A DNA stretch of 64,000 bases. Source: a virus. The stretch covers positions 15,662 to 79,661 of the IMG/VR virus record IMGVR_UViG_3300008267_000265. One strand, 5' to 3'. Below the pieces are notes generated by a model. It was not told the DNA's origin, searched no databases, and was given only the letters and a program-made list of their open reading frames with translations. Shown one piece after another: positions 11,147 through 20,972 of the stretch (positions within the stretch are counted from its first letter, which is position 1; the number at the start of each line of letters is the position of its first letter). The position numbers and the translations under genes were made by a program.

Positions 11147-11488
11147 TTATAGTATTGATAAATTTGAACCAGACCCCACAGACACTGTTCCACCAAACCC
11201 AGTAGGTCCTATTAAAAAGGCGTTATGCTGCGCTGGTATATCTACGTTGCTTGTTATTGTTTGTGGATGCATAAACATCTGGCTGTTAACGGTGTTACTT
11301 GTAGTTATACTACCGCTTACTGCTAAAGATCCGCTAATAACAACGGCTTGATCATCTAAGGAGATCGCTGTTGGATTGCCAAGACCATCTGTTATATTTT
11401 TTAGCGTACTGTCTACTATACCGTTATCTACTGTTTTTAGGAGCGATTGATACGTTGAAGCTACCGTATTGTTTGTTAAAGCTGCCAT
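11147..11488 (-). CDS. Putative virion structural protein
   Basis: 113 aa; C-terminal IPAQHNAFLIGP..V.VGSGS..IL motif seen in phage fibre-associated proteins; own TATTTAT motif. Confidence 0.55.
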   Translation of the reverse strand: MAALTNNTVASTYQSLLKTVDNGIVDSTLKNITDGLGNPTAISLDDQAVVISGSLAVSGSITTSNTVNSQMFMHPQTITSNVDIPAQHNAFLIGPTGFGGTVSVGSGSNLSIL

Positions 11489-11530
11489 GCTTAGAGATTG
11501 ATTCCTATATAAATAGTGGTATACTCAATA

Positions 11531-11558
11531 TAAAAAAGCCTCTCATTAAAAGAGGCTT
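11531..11558 (-). terminator. Rho-independent terminator
   Basis: Minus strand aagcctct-tttaatg-agaggctt followed by a T-run. Confidence 0.75.
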
Positions 11559-11584
11559 ACTATAAATTAGAGCTAATTAACTTA

Positions 11585-11881
11585 CTATTGTCCTGGTGTG
11601 CCTGGAAGGTACGCTCCTGAATATAGTATTGCTACTCCTGCTGATTGACTTACTGATGTGATTGCACCGTAAATGCTTTGGCCGGCTGCAAACGATGCAG
11701 ATATTGATCCTGTAGCAATGGTTCCAGCATTAGTCGTTAAATTACTAAAGTTTATAATTGCTGTTGTTGCAGTTACAGCACTGTACCAAAAGGCATCTAC
11801 TGAGAATGTTACTGATCCGCTTAGGATTTTTCCACCTGATAGACCGAAAGGACTTTTTAGTTGATCTACTATTTGAGGCAT
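11585..11881 (-). CDS. Small virion protein, possible head decoration
   Basis: Likely start MPQIVDQ at 11881, 12 nt after the TATTTAT motif; directly downstream of the major capsid gene; own terminator. Confidence 0.55.
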   Translation of the reverse strand: MPQIVDQLKSPFGLSGGKILSGSVTFSVDAFWYSAVTATTAIINFSNLTTNAGTIATGSISASFAAGQSIYGAITSVSQSAGVAILYSGAYLPGTPGQ

Positions 11882-11914
11882 AGTTGTTTTTATATAAATA
11901 GTTACTACTTGCAA

Positions 11915-11950
11915 TAAAAAAACCGGCCTTACGGGGCCGGCTTTCTTTTT
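11915..11950 (-). terminator. Strong (possibly bidirectional) terminator after the major capsid gene
   Basis: Minus strand agccggcccc-gtaa-ggccggtt plus T-run; A/T runs on both sides. Confidence 0.85.
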
Positions 11951-11973
11951 ATTCTAAAGTTCTGATTTTGCTA

Positions 11974-14814
11974 TTAAGCTACACCAGCAACTTGTAGGTC
12001 AGATACATACACCTTACCATAGAATTCAGGACGAACCATTTTCTTAGCGTAACGAGTCATGATACCTTTACGTGGAGTGAAGGTAGTTGGATCGTAGATA
12101 AGAGGAGTCATGATCAATGGAACATAAGGAGCGTAAACAGCACCAGTCTCCAAGAATTGGTTACCTCTGAAGCCCATCAAGATGGTGTTTTCAGTCATGT
12201 ATGGATTCTTGTAAACTTTGTAACGGCTGTTCAAAGAACCAATTTTCTGTACGCCAAATGCATACTTCATTGTATCTGCTGCACCATCAGTATCAGCTGC
12301 AAATCCAGGAATTGATTCCAAGATAGTAGCTACTGTTGGAGAACATACTAAGAAGTTAGCACCACCACGCAAAGTCAACTGGTGAATTTTGTTAGATACA
12401 GCTTGAAGCTTAATACCTAAAGTTTGGAACCAAGACATTTGATTGTAGTATGCACCAGCAGTGTTGCTTACATAAGCGGTACCAGCTGCATTGATTTGAT
12501 TACCAATCTGAGCAGACCAATTAGCAACTGTTGGAGCATTTTCAATCAACATATCCATGATTTCCAAGTCAATTTCCAAAGAAATGTACTCAGACAACAT
12601 ACCAGTCAATTCAGCTTCAGCATCCAATGAGTGGTAAGCATTCAAGTCTTGAGCAAATTCTGGAGTCCATTGTGCTTTCAACTTACGAGTTTTAGCAGAA
12701 ATGGTTTCAGACTTCATCTGAACATTGATTTCTGGAATAACGATCTGAGTTGCAGAAGCAGCGTTTGGATTAGAGAATGGAGTTGGGGTATCGTTTGGAG
12801 CATCTTCGAAGTCACCACGAGTTTGGAAGTTAGTAGCTTTGTTGTACCATACTGCAAGTGAACCTGTGCAAGCTTCGATAGCTGCTCTTGTACCACTAAC
12901 AAAGAAAGTCAAATTACCACCACTTAAAACAGTGAAGTCGTTAATTGTAGTTGATGGAGCGATAACTACACCAGCACTTTGAGATGAATACAATTCAAAA
13001 GCACGAACACCGTTTGAATCAATTGATCCTGTCAAAGATGATGTTGGAACTGTGATAGCCATCATAGTAACAGTTGCACCAGCGATTGACGCTGAGTAAT
13101 CCGCGTTAAAGTTAAGTTGTGCATAGGTAGCTGGTGCTATACTAATAGACGCAGAGCTAACAGATGCAGAGAATTGGTTGATTGAGTAACCAAAACGACC
13201 TTGACCGTAAAGACCACCGTCAGCAGTGTTACCAAATCCGCTATTTGCAGTTTGGGTTAAGTTACCATACAATGAGTTTCCAGCACTGAAAGGCTTAGGA
13301 ACGTTGTTACCGTATTGGAAATCTAGGTAGAATACCAATCCAGCAGGCAAGTTCATTGGTTGAACAGAAACGAACTCTTTAGCAGCGATCTGACCGAAGA
13401 TCTTACGAACCAACGGAAGAGCTACACCAGCCCATTGCTCACCATTACCTGGAGTGAAAGTAGCACCGTTTGTTACGTTACCACCTGTTGATGATTGTTC
13501 CATCACCAATTGTTTTGCTTGGTTTTCCAAGATAGTAGCCATGTTGTTTTTGTCGTAGTCCTTAAGACCTTCCAACAAACCAGATTTGGCCCACTTCTTT
13601 ACAAGCTTCTGGCTAACACCAAGTTGATCTTGGTAAGGGCCAGCAAGCACTTGCCATCTGTTTACGAAGGCGTCTGCTTCAACAATTGGACGAGCTGGGG
13701 CGTTTCCAATTGGTTTTGATGCGAAACCAATAGATTCTTTAATAGATGACTTTTTAGATTCACCTATAGATTCCATTAATGTTTTGTAGGTATTCTCAAC
13801 TTCTTTAACCGATGTTACTCTATCAAATGCATTGATAACCTTAGTCTTTTGAGCTTCGTTAAGATTTTTAGCTTTGAAGATTTTATTTACGTAAAGCATT
13901 TTGGCATTGAACAAATTAACTTCGTTAAGTTCTGCTTTAAGGGCTTTGATAGTCCTAATAGCTTCATTCAACTCTTTCTTTACTTCTTCAACCGCATAAG
14001 AATCAGCAGCTTTAGTTTGGATCTGTCCACCTGGGATGTGTCCTGGTTCAGCAGCTTCTTCCATTTTCTTTTCGTCTTCTTCAAGCTCAGCCAGAATTTC
14101 TTCAAGAGTGATCTCTTTCATTTCTTCGTCGTCTGTGCCTAAAGTAGCCGCCATGTCAGTACCTGCGTCTAAGTCACCTGCTGGTGCTCCGCCGCCTTGC
14201 ATCTGCGTAAATACATCACGGATGATGTCTTTTAGCTCGCCAACTTTCAGTTCAATAACTTCTTCTTCATCAGTTACTGGACCACCGTCGTCATCGCCTG
14301 CTGGTAATTCTGTGTCTGCTTCTTCAGCATCTTCTTCATCACCTTCGTCTTCATCAGCTTCGTGTAGTTTGTAGTCACTGTGAGATACCTTGTCTGATTC
14401 GCTGTAACTACCGTTTTTGTTGCCAGATTTTTTTCCAGCCTTTTCAGTGTAAACTGATTCTTTGCCTTCTTCAATTGATTCATCTTTCATGTCACTTCCG
14501 TCCATGTCTTCTGACAAGGCGTTTAGTTCAGCTAAGATTTCATCAAGAGTAGATTCGTCCATTCGATCTGAATCTTCTGTGTGCATTGATTCGTCCGTTC
14601 CTTCTTCCATGTTAGTACCTTTTTCGTCCATTGATTCTTCAATGTCCTCTTCAATTTGGTCGTCCATGTCTTCAGAAAGTTTTTGACGCATCATTTCTTT
14701 GATCTGTGGCTCAAAATGTTCCGCGAGAGTCGTTCTAGCTGCAGCCATAGCCGTCTCACGTACTGCTTTTGCATCCAAGATCGCTTGTCTGTACAAGTCT
14801 TGATTGCTTTCCAT
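11974..14814 (-). CDS. Prohead scaffold protein joined in frame to T4 gp23-like major capsid protein
   Basis: N-terminal ~390 aa acidic/coiled-coil scaffold ending FVNRWQVLAG; from ~13638 MCP motifs KW.KSGLLEGL, ILENQ, LPLVRKIF, VSVQPM..P.GLVFYLDF, KTRKLKAQWTPEFAQDL.AYH.LDAEAEL, YAPYVPL, TFTPRKGIMTRY. Confidence 0.9.
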   Translation of the reverse strand: MESNQDLYRQAILDAKAVRETAMAAARTTLAEHFEPQIKEMMRQKLSEDMDDQIEEDIEESMDEKGTNMEEGTDESMHTEDSDRMDESTLDEILAELNALSEDMDGSDMKDESIEEGKESVYTEKAGKKSGNKNGSYSESDKVSHSDYKLHEADEDEGDEEDAEEADTELPAGDDDGGPVTDEEEVIELKVGELKDIIRDVFTQMQGGGAPAGDLDAGTDMAATLGTDDEEMKEITLEEILAELEEDEKKMEEAAEPGHIPGGQIQTKAADSYAVEEVKKELNEAIRTIKALKAELNEVNLFNAKMLYVNKIFKAKNLNEAQKTKVINAFDRVTSVKEVENTYKTLMESIGESKKSSIKESIGFASKPIGNAPARPIVEADAFVNRWQVLAGPYQDQLGVSQKLVKKWAKSGLLEGLKDYDKNNMATILENQAKQLVMEQSSTGGNVTNGATFTPGNGEQWAGVALPLVRKIFGQIAAKEFVSVQPMNLPAGLVFYLDFQYGNNVPKPFSAGNSLYGNLTQTANSGFGNTADGGLYGQGRFGYSINQFSASVSSASISIAPATYAQLNFNADYSASIAGATVTMMAITVPTSSLTGSIDSNGVRAFELYSSQSAGVVIAPSTTINDFTVLSGGNLTFFVSGTRAAIEACTGSLAVWYNKATNFQTRGDFEDAPNDTPTPFSNPNAASATQIVIPEINVQMKSETISAKTRKLKAQWTPEFAQDLNAYHSLDAEAELTGMLSEYISLEIDLEIMDMLIENAPTVANWSAQIGNQINAAGTAYVSNTAGAYYNQMSWFQTLGIKLQAVSNKIHQLTLRGGANFLVCSPTVATILESIPGFAADTDGAADTMKYAFGVQKIGSLNSRYKVYKNPYMTENTILMGFRGNQFLETGAVYAPYVPLIMTPLIYDPTTFTPRKGIMTRYAKKMVRPEFYGKVYVSDLQVAGVA

Positions 14815-14905
14815 TTTTTAAAATGTTTCGGGGATTGCTTATTAGAGTAGTAGCAATATAGGGGTAAAATGAAATTAACATGCTATATTGGGATAGCATA
14901 CACTC

Positions 14906-14913
14906 ATAAATAT
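14906..14913 (-). promoter_or_regulatory. Putative late promoter TATTTAT (scaffold/capsid)
   Basis: One of 21 copies located upstream of gene starts. Confidence 0.6.
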
Positions 14914-14941
14914 CAGAGAGTTAGAGAAAAAACTATGCTAG

Positions 14942-15499
14942 TTACTTAAGATTTGTTAAAAAGTTTTTTACTATCTGTGTTAGTTTTGGCGCACTGTGTT
15001 CGCTAATTGCTTGTAAAATCTCACTACTTGATTCACCTGCAAGGTCTTTTATTGCTGCTACTGCACTGTCTAGTTTGGTTAGGTCTACTGCTCCTAAAAC
15101 TGCCATACTTGCCAATGTTATTGCTTTTAAAAATTTAGCAACTTTGTCTCTCTTCGTTTGATCGGGTATGAATGGGCGAAGCATTAGTTTGAAAGGGGTG
15201 TCTAAATAGCCGTCTATTTTAGCAGTTACTTTTTCTATAGTTTTATACCAACTTGGACTTTTCCTCTTTTTTAAATCGATGCCACTTTTCTTAGCGATTA
15301 CATCCACGACCTTCATAACCGCATTAATAATACCCGGTGCTGCTAGTACAAGTGCGGTAGCACCTAGTATTGATTCATTCTCTTGCTTTGAAGCTTTTTC
15401 TAGCTCCTTACCTATTAAATCAGGAAGGTCCCTCAAGTCTGATAAATCGATGGAGTTTTCTTCTTGTATTTCTTTTAGTATATTAACAAACTTAATCAC
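14942..15499 (-). CDS. Hypothetical protein, probable head-internal
   Basis: 185 aa ORF with MIKFVNILKE leader, in the head module. Confidence 0.6.
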   Translation of the reverse strand: MIKFVNILKEIQEENSIDLSDLRDLPDLIGKELEKASKQENESILGATALVLAAPGIINAVMKVVDVIAKKSGIDLKKRKSPSWYKTIEKVTAKIDGYLDTPFKLMLRPFIPDQTKRDKVAKFLKAITLASMAVLGAVDLTKLDSAVAAIKDLAGESSSEILQAISEHSAPKLTQIVKNFLTNLK

Positions 15500-15510
15500 T
15501 CTTAAAACAA

Positions 15511-15858
15511 TTAAGCTTTTACGTTTTTCATAGTTCTGGTAAAGTTTGCGTTCGTTGTCTTAGCTATACCAGAGATACTTGCTTTACTACCTTTTTCTAC
15601 GAATTGCTTGATAAAATCATACAACGCTACTGCTTCTTTAGGATCAAGATCCATTTTTATTTGACCCGTACCTATATTTTTAAGGTATAATTTAAGGGTC
15701 GCTGAGTTTGTTACTACTGGTTCTTCTTTCGCACCAACAGCTGCTGGCTCTTGTTCTATGCTACCGTTTGTTTCTTCCATTGATGCTTGGTACTCACCTT
15801 CTGTTATAAGCCCAGCTTTTAACTGCATTAATTTTGCTTCTTTGATTAAGTTTGCCAT
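15511..15858 (-). CDS. Hypothetical head-associated protein with LAG-type leader
   Basis: Starts MANLIKEAKLMQLKAGLITEGEY. Confidence 0.6.
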   Translation of the reverse strand: MANLIKEAKLMQLKAGLITEGEYQASMEETNGSIEQEPAAVGAKEEPVVTNSATLKLYLKNIGTGQIKMDLDPKEAVALYDFIKQFVEKGSKASISGIAKTTNANFTRTMKNVKA

Positions 15859-15873
15859 TGTGCTATTTAGTTT

Positions 15874-16503
15874 TTATTTTAAACAACAGACTCCTGACTG
15901 GGTACAGATGATGTCTGAGATTAATCTGTCAATCCCTGCACGTCTATTGTTGTTTATTTGTGGATTATAGCTTTCATTTAAGCCTCCTACTGGTTTTACA
16001 TATGCTCCATAAGTTGATGGAGTGGATACGAAATCCCAGCAAATTAATTCCAAATCCTCCTCAACTTGAACAAGACCTTCACCAATTGGTGTTACAGATC
16101 CCATTGCTCTTGATGATACACCAACATTAATTCCTGCTAGGAATAATTCTTTTAATATGTTTCCAGATGGAGTGTCTAAGATTTCAAATTCACCAAACAA
16201 TTCTTTTCCTTCCCACCACAGTCTTGTAATATTGTGACAAACGTTCTTTAAGTTGATCACAGAGGTTTCTGGGTGATCTAATTCACCTAGAGCTCTTTTT
16301 TCTTTAACCGGACCTTCCATGTAGAGTTCTACTTGTTTGTGGAGCGTTGGATAGCTGTAGATACGTTTATTTGCATTAGGCATGTCCGCTGCCTGCACCT
16401 TACCGGATACTAAGAAAGGAGCTCTTGGATTCACTCTAGCTTCATGCAACTGCTTAGGCAGTGGCTTGAAGGTCATGTATTCTATTAAGACTTCTTTGCT
16501 CAT
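15874..16503 (-). CDS. Prohead core protease (T4 gp21-like)
   Basis: N.N.R.Y, ALGELDHP, ILDTPSG, GVSSRAMGS, DFVSTPS motifs. Confidence 0.95.
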   Translation of the reverse strand: MSKEVLIEYMTFKPLPKQLHEARVNPRAPFLVSGKVQAADMPNANKRIYSYPTLHKQVELYMEGPVKEKRALGELDHPETSVINLKNVCHNITRLWWEGKELFGEFEILDTPSGNILKELFLAGINVGVSSRAMGSVTPIGEGLVQVEEDLELICWDFVSTPSTYGAYVKPVGGLNESYNPQINNNRRAGIDRLISDIICTQSGVCCLK

Positions 16504-16504
16504 G

Positions 16505-18244
16505 TTATACTTGAGTTTCTTCTCCTGTTTTAGTGTTTATTACCTTAAGTCGATCCTTTGTTGTTGCTGTTATCTGCTTACCTTTTTTTATAGCATCTGC
16601 TACAGTTGGTCCTGAGTAGATTGGTGTCGATTGTGTTGTAGTATTTCCAACTTGACCTGTTGCAAGAATAGCTCCTTCCTCTACTTCCTTTTTAACAAAC
16701 TTCATCAACTTCTCTTTGATAGCTTTTAGCTTATCTTCTCTGCTCATCTCTTCTTTCTGTGCAAGAGGTGGTGCATTCTTTATGAAATCAGATTGATAGT
16801 TAGGTAGCTTTGGTCTTGGAGCTGCGTCTGAGTGTTTTAAGAAATTTGGTTGAAAATCTCTTTCTTCACCTGTCGTATCTAATTTAACAGTGGCTGTATG
16901 TCCATCGAATTTAGTTATCTCTCCTGCAAACCTTCCGTCATTAGTCTCCACTCTATGTCCGGTTTGGAATTGTTTTTTTATTGGGTTTTCCACTGTCAAA
17001 TCTTCCATGATATGCTCTTTGAGAGCTAGTACTTTTTCTTTGCCAGGAACTTCCATTACTTGAGCAATTCCTTTAGATTTTTTTGGAGTTTGAGTCATGT
17101 GCTTAAGTCCTTCTCCGTTTTTGCTTTTAGCTCTTTCTTTCTTTCCTAAATTATCTTGAACATTTCCTTTTGCATCTTTTTCAACAACTTTCATTCCGTT
17201 TGCCTTATCAACCATGTTATCTTTTTTAACTGGTTGCATTCTAAGGTCTTTATCTTTCTTCTCGATATCCTTAACGTTGGCAATTACTAAGTCTCTGTAG
17301 GCGTTAGGATCTTTTACAAGATTCTTAACAGCTTTTTGCTTAGCTTTTACCAATGCCTCATCTGTAATCTCTCCCATCTTAGAAAGCTCGTATTGTAGAC
17401 CTTTCATTAGTTGGTTGTAGTTTACATGATCAGCTCCTGGAAATACATCGTATTCTGCTTTGCCAGTTACCTCTTTATATTTTCCTTCTGATTTTTTAAC
17501 TGCTTCGTTTAGGGATCCTTGTAGAGATTGGTTAAGTGCCGTTATGTAATCCGATGGCCAATCTTCGTCAGCAAGGCCGTATGTTAAGTTTTTAACAACT
17601 ACTTGTTCCATTTTAGCATCAATCATCATATTAAAAGCGTGATTAAGTGCAGCGTGTTCAAATTCTTTGTAGCCTTCGCTCTTTTTCTGTTTTAATTCTT
17701 TGCCATGCTTCTTTGCTACTGCTTTAGCTAGGATTTCCGGATTGCGGAAAGTTTGGTTTGGAGTTGATCCCGGTACTGCTTCGTTAAATCTATCTGCACT
17801 TACTTCTGGATCAGCACCTGGATTGCTTGGATCGTGATGGCTTTGTTTTGATGCCATTTGCGACACCATTTCACTTTCAGCTCTTTTCACAATCTCGCTA
17901 GCATCTCCCATAAACGCTCTAGCAGCAAACGGTGATTGCATCATTCCATACATATCAACTAATCCATGATCTCCTAAATATCTCATAGCTGCTTCCGCCT
18001 CTTCTTTCTTTTCAGGTGATAGGTTTGCTGCTTGGATATCCTGCTTAAAGGTATCTAACCATTGAGTGTTCCCTTCGTGGCTTTCATTCAAAATCCTCTT
18101 ACTCTTCAAGATATTCACGGCATCGTTAAACGAGTTACCAGAGGAAATCCACTGAGGGAAGTCTCTGCGTATGTTTACCATGAAATTGGTTTTTGACATT
18201 TTACCTTCTAAGAGGTCTTGGTACTGTGCTTGTATGTTCTTCAT
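16505..18244 (-). CDS. Large charged hypothetical head protein
   Basis: 579 aa, K/E rich, multiple LNE/LKE candidate protease sites, AVKNLVKDPNAY motif, just upstream of the protease. Confidence 0.6.
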   Translation of the reverse strand: MKNIQAQYQDLLEGKMSKTNFMVNIRRDFPQWISSGNSFNDAVNILKSKRILNESHEGNTQWLDTFKQDIQAANLSPEKKEEAEAAMRYLGDHGLVDMYGMMQSPFAARAFMGDASEIVKRAESEMVSQMASKQSHHDPSNPGADPEVSADRFNEAVPGSTPNQTFRNPEILAKAVAKKHGKELKQKKSEGYKEFEHAALNHAFNMMIDAKMEQVVVKNLTYGLADEDWPSDYITALNQSLQGSLNEAVKKSEGKYKEVTGKAEYDVFPGADHVNYNQLMKGLQYELSKMGEITDEALVKAKQKAVKNLVKDPNAYRDLVIANVKDIEKKDKDLRMQPVKKDNMVDKANGMKVVEKDAKGNVQDNLGKKERAKSKNGEGLKHMTQTPKKSKGIAQVMEVPGKEKVLALKEHIMEDLTVENPIKKQFQTGHRVETNDGRFAGEITKFDGHTATVKLDTTGEERDFQPNFLKHSDAAPRPKLPNYQSDFIKNAPPLAQKEEMSREDKLKAIKEKLMKFVKKEVEEGAILATGQVGNTTTQSTPIYSGPTVADAIKKGKQITATTKDRLKVINTKTGEETQV

Positions 18245-18258
18245 ACTTATAAATAGTT

Positions 18259-18390
18259 TTAGCGACCTTGGCCGCGGTATGTTTTCTCTGTTCTATTGTG
18301 CTTATTTCTTGACTTTGCTGCCTTACCTGACTTTCTTTTTCCGAAAGTGATTTTTGTGGCTGATCCTGCTGATGATTTTGTCTTTGCCAT
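18259..18390 (-). CDS. Small basic protein (43 aa) ending YRGQGR
   Basis: Own translation MAKTKSSAGSATKITFGKRKSGKAAKSRNKHNRTEKTYRGQGR*; fills the intergenic gap; below the ORF-track cut-off. Confidence 0.7.
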   Translation of the reverse strand: MAKTKSSAGSATKITFGKRKSGKAAKSRNKHNRTEKTYRGQGR

Positions 18391-18398
18391 TTTATAAA

Positions 18399-19019
18399 CT
18401 AGATTGCGTATTTTTTAAGATAGTTTTGTATTTTACTTGGTACAGTTGCGTTATCAGTACCCAAATCTACGTAGCCTCCTCCTTTGAGAATACCTTCCAC
18501 ACTTTGTGTTCGTCCTGAAGAATCTTTTTTGTTTCTAGCTGTAACTCTCTTAGTTGCTGGAAAGAATACTAGTTCGTAGTTGATTTGTCTTGATCCATTC
18601 TGTGTAAAGCCCTGCACGTCAAATTCAATGCGGTTAAACTTAGGGTCATTCTTGTCTGGGGTTATAACTAATCCTCCAATAGCTTCACCGTCCGTAAGTG
18701 CGTCTCCTTGAGAGCCACTCCCATCATCTTCGTACATACGACCAAACGGCTCATCTCCACCAAAATCATCATCTCCCATTTCAAAATCACCTGTTAAATC
18801 TTCTCCGTAGATGCTATTTACAATCATTTTAGCTTTGATTGGATCGATACCGGATACTTCTAATTCTTCAGCTGCATCTTCTGCAGTTGCTCCATCCAAC
18901 TTTGCTTGTCTAGCTATTTTATGAGCTGTTGAATCCATTCCTTCTTTTACTACAGCCTTACTGTAAGCTCCTAATTTATTTTCCATTAGGAATTTCTTAA
19001 AATCAAAATTGTCTGCCAT
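18399..19019 (-). CDS. Hypothetical head-associated protein
   Basis: MADNFDFKKFLMENKL leader, acidic. Confidence 0.6.
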   Translation of the reverse strand: MADNFDFKKFLMENKLGAYSKAVVKEGMDSTAHKIARQAKLDGATAEDAAEELEVSGIDPIKAKMIVNSIYGEDLTGDFEMGDDDFGGDEPFGRMYEDDGSGSQGDALTDGEAIGGLVITPDKNDPKFNRIEFDVQGFTQNGSRQINYELVFFPATKRVTARNKKDSSGRTQSVEGILKGGGYVDLGTDNATVPSKIQNYLKKYAI

Positions 19020-20089
19020 TAGTTTAAGTGTTTTAGTTTTTTATATGCTTCTGCTATTTTTGTTTTTAGTTTATCCATTGATTTAGCTGTACGAGCCTTT
19101 ACTTCTAACGTTTCTTCTCCTTCTGATAATTCCTCTTTCATTCTGGTTGTAAACTCTAGTATTCTATTTACTTCGTCTAGCTTTTTATTTACAGCTTTGA
19201 TTGCTTCGTGGTATTGATCCTGCTTTGGACGTATTTTTGTTTCTTTTTTGAAGCGGTTGTAGTTTTCTTGAATGCCTGCTTTTGCTGCTGCGTCTACTAC
19301 ATCACTATATGTATGTGGTGCTAAATCCATTTCAAGAGCGTATTTAATTTTCTCATACACAGATTCATTCTTTTCTTTTATCTTACTAAGTAGCTGTAGT
19401 ATTTTTTTGTAGTCTGGTTTATACCAAGTTTCTTCCAGTTCCTCGCTCATTGCAGTTGGTTTCGTATCCCACAAATCATCTACATCAATGCTTTTTAATT
19501 TTGGATGACCCTCTGTTTTCTTAAATCCGTCTTGTGTATATGTGCTGATATCTGCTTTGCCTGCTGCAAGCATTGGAGCGTCCTCGTTAACTGACTTGAT
19601 TTCTTCGCCTTTATTTAGTATGTTAGTTGCTTTTGTTAAGCCGGTACCTTTGTTATAGGATACGTTGTAATTCCACCTACCCATCATATCTTTCTCAACT
19701 TTTGTAATTACTGCAGGATGTCCGAGATACGCCACTTTCTGACCTACTTTAAACATGGGGCTATCACTACCTTCTTCCATCTTTTTTCTGCCCGTCATCT
19801 GCTCACCATTATTTGTTCCACTTGACCAGCTTGCTCCGTTTGTTACTCCGCCACCTGTAGTTGATCCAACACCCATTCCATCCTCACTTAATCCAGTTGT
19901 TGCTTTGCAGATTTCAATAGCTTTTTCAAAATCAATTACATGATCTGCTGCTGCTTTTGCTAACATGGTAGCAGCATCTTTATTAGCTCCACAGTATCTT
20001 ACAAGATAATCTACCATCTTCTGGCGGAAGGCTTCTTTGTCTGCATCGAACTCCTCCAATAAAAACTGCGTTGCAAATTGATTATTCAT
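19019..20089 (-). CDS. Hypothetical head-associated protein
   Basis: 356 aa, C-terminal coiled coil (ENYNRFK...), head module. Confidence 0.6.
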   Translation of the reverse strand: MNNQFATQFLLEEFDADKEAFRQKMVDYLVRYCGANKDAATMLAKAAADHVIDFEKAIEICKATTGLSEDGMGVGSTTGGGVTNGASWSSGTNNGEQMTGRKKMEEGSDSPMFKVGQKVAYLGHPAVITKVEKDMMGRWNYNVSYNKGTGLTKATNILNKGEEIKSVNEDAPMLAAGKADISTYTQDGFKKTEGHPKLKSIDVDDLWDTKPTAMSEELEETWYKPDYKKILQLLSKIKEKNESVYEKIKYALEMDLAPHTYSDVVDAAAKAGIQENYNRFKKETKIRPKQDQYHEAIKAVNKKLDEVNRILEFTTRMKEELSEGEETLEVKARTAKSMDKLKTKIAEAYKKLKHLN

Positions 20090-20940
20090 TATTTGATGGC
20101 TTTAAGCTCATTTACTAATTGATAGTACTGCATAAGACCGATCAAAACTTCATCTTTTATAGATTCGTTAGGACCGATTGGCTTTACGAAGTTTAGTACT
20201 TCGTTTAATTTTATCTGTAGTACTTTGTCTTGTGCTTTATCTTTCAAGCTACTTAGCTCTACTTTTACTTCAATTAGTTTTGTATTCAGATAGCTTCTTA
20301 GTTGCTTTGTATCTGATATATTGTTGATGTACTCTTTTAGTAGGTCCTTCTGCTCTGCAGATAGGGTTGAGTATTTATCGTTAAACTTTTCTACTAATAT
20401 TTTGTAAGCCAGTACTCTGATTTCTTTATCCTCTTTCATGAACTCCTCAACAACTTTAGATGCTACTTTTCTTTCGGTGAGAGTTTCTTTTGTGATATGT
20501 TCTAGGAGGGTTAGTTTGTTTGTTACAATCTGCTTTGTGTCTGTTGCACTTCTAGCAATTGTTGCTTCAATTAGAGTGTATACTGATGCGTAAACTTTGT
20601 AAGCGTCGATCTTTGCTTTGAAGAAATTGTCGAGGTCGTAGTTCTTTTTAACCTCTTTTATTAGATTATACTTCTCTTTATCTAGCTTTTCTCTATCAAG
20701 TTTCTTTGCTTGCTCTGTAATCGTTGATATTAAAATATCAGCTTTAGTTTCGTTTAATTTCGGAGCGTTTAATACTGTGTTGTACAAGTCGTACTCCTTA
20801 CTGAGTTCGGTATTTGTAAAGTATTTCTTGAAGATTTTTACGGCTACTGGGTTCTTGTTTGACATTAGATCCGAGGTTGCTTGCCTCACTAATAATTCAA
20901 ATAATATTCCAGTATTTTTGTATTTGCTGTGCTTTATCAT
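20089..20940 (-). CDS. Conserved helical protein downstream of portal
   Basis: MIKHSKYKNTGILFELLVRQ...KFNDKYS.LS.EQK.LLKEYI; recognisable large-phage head-module family. Confidence 0.7.
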   Translation of the reverse strand: MIKHSKYKNTGILFELLVRQATSDLMSNKNPVAVKIFKKYFTNTELSKEYDLYNTVLNAPKLNETKADILISTITEQAKKLDREKLDKEKYNLIKEVKKNYDLDNFFKAKIDAYKVYASVYTLIEATIARSATDTKQIVTNKLTLLEHITKETLTERKVASKVVEEFMKEDKEIRVLAYKILVEKFNDKYSTLSAEQKDLLKEYINNISDTKQLRSYLNTKLIEVKVELSSLKDKAQDKVLQIKLNEVLNFVKPIGPNESIKDEVLIGLMQYYQLVNELKAIK

Positions 20941-20972
20941 TGCGTTTTAGCTTACTTATAAATATCTGTGTA

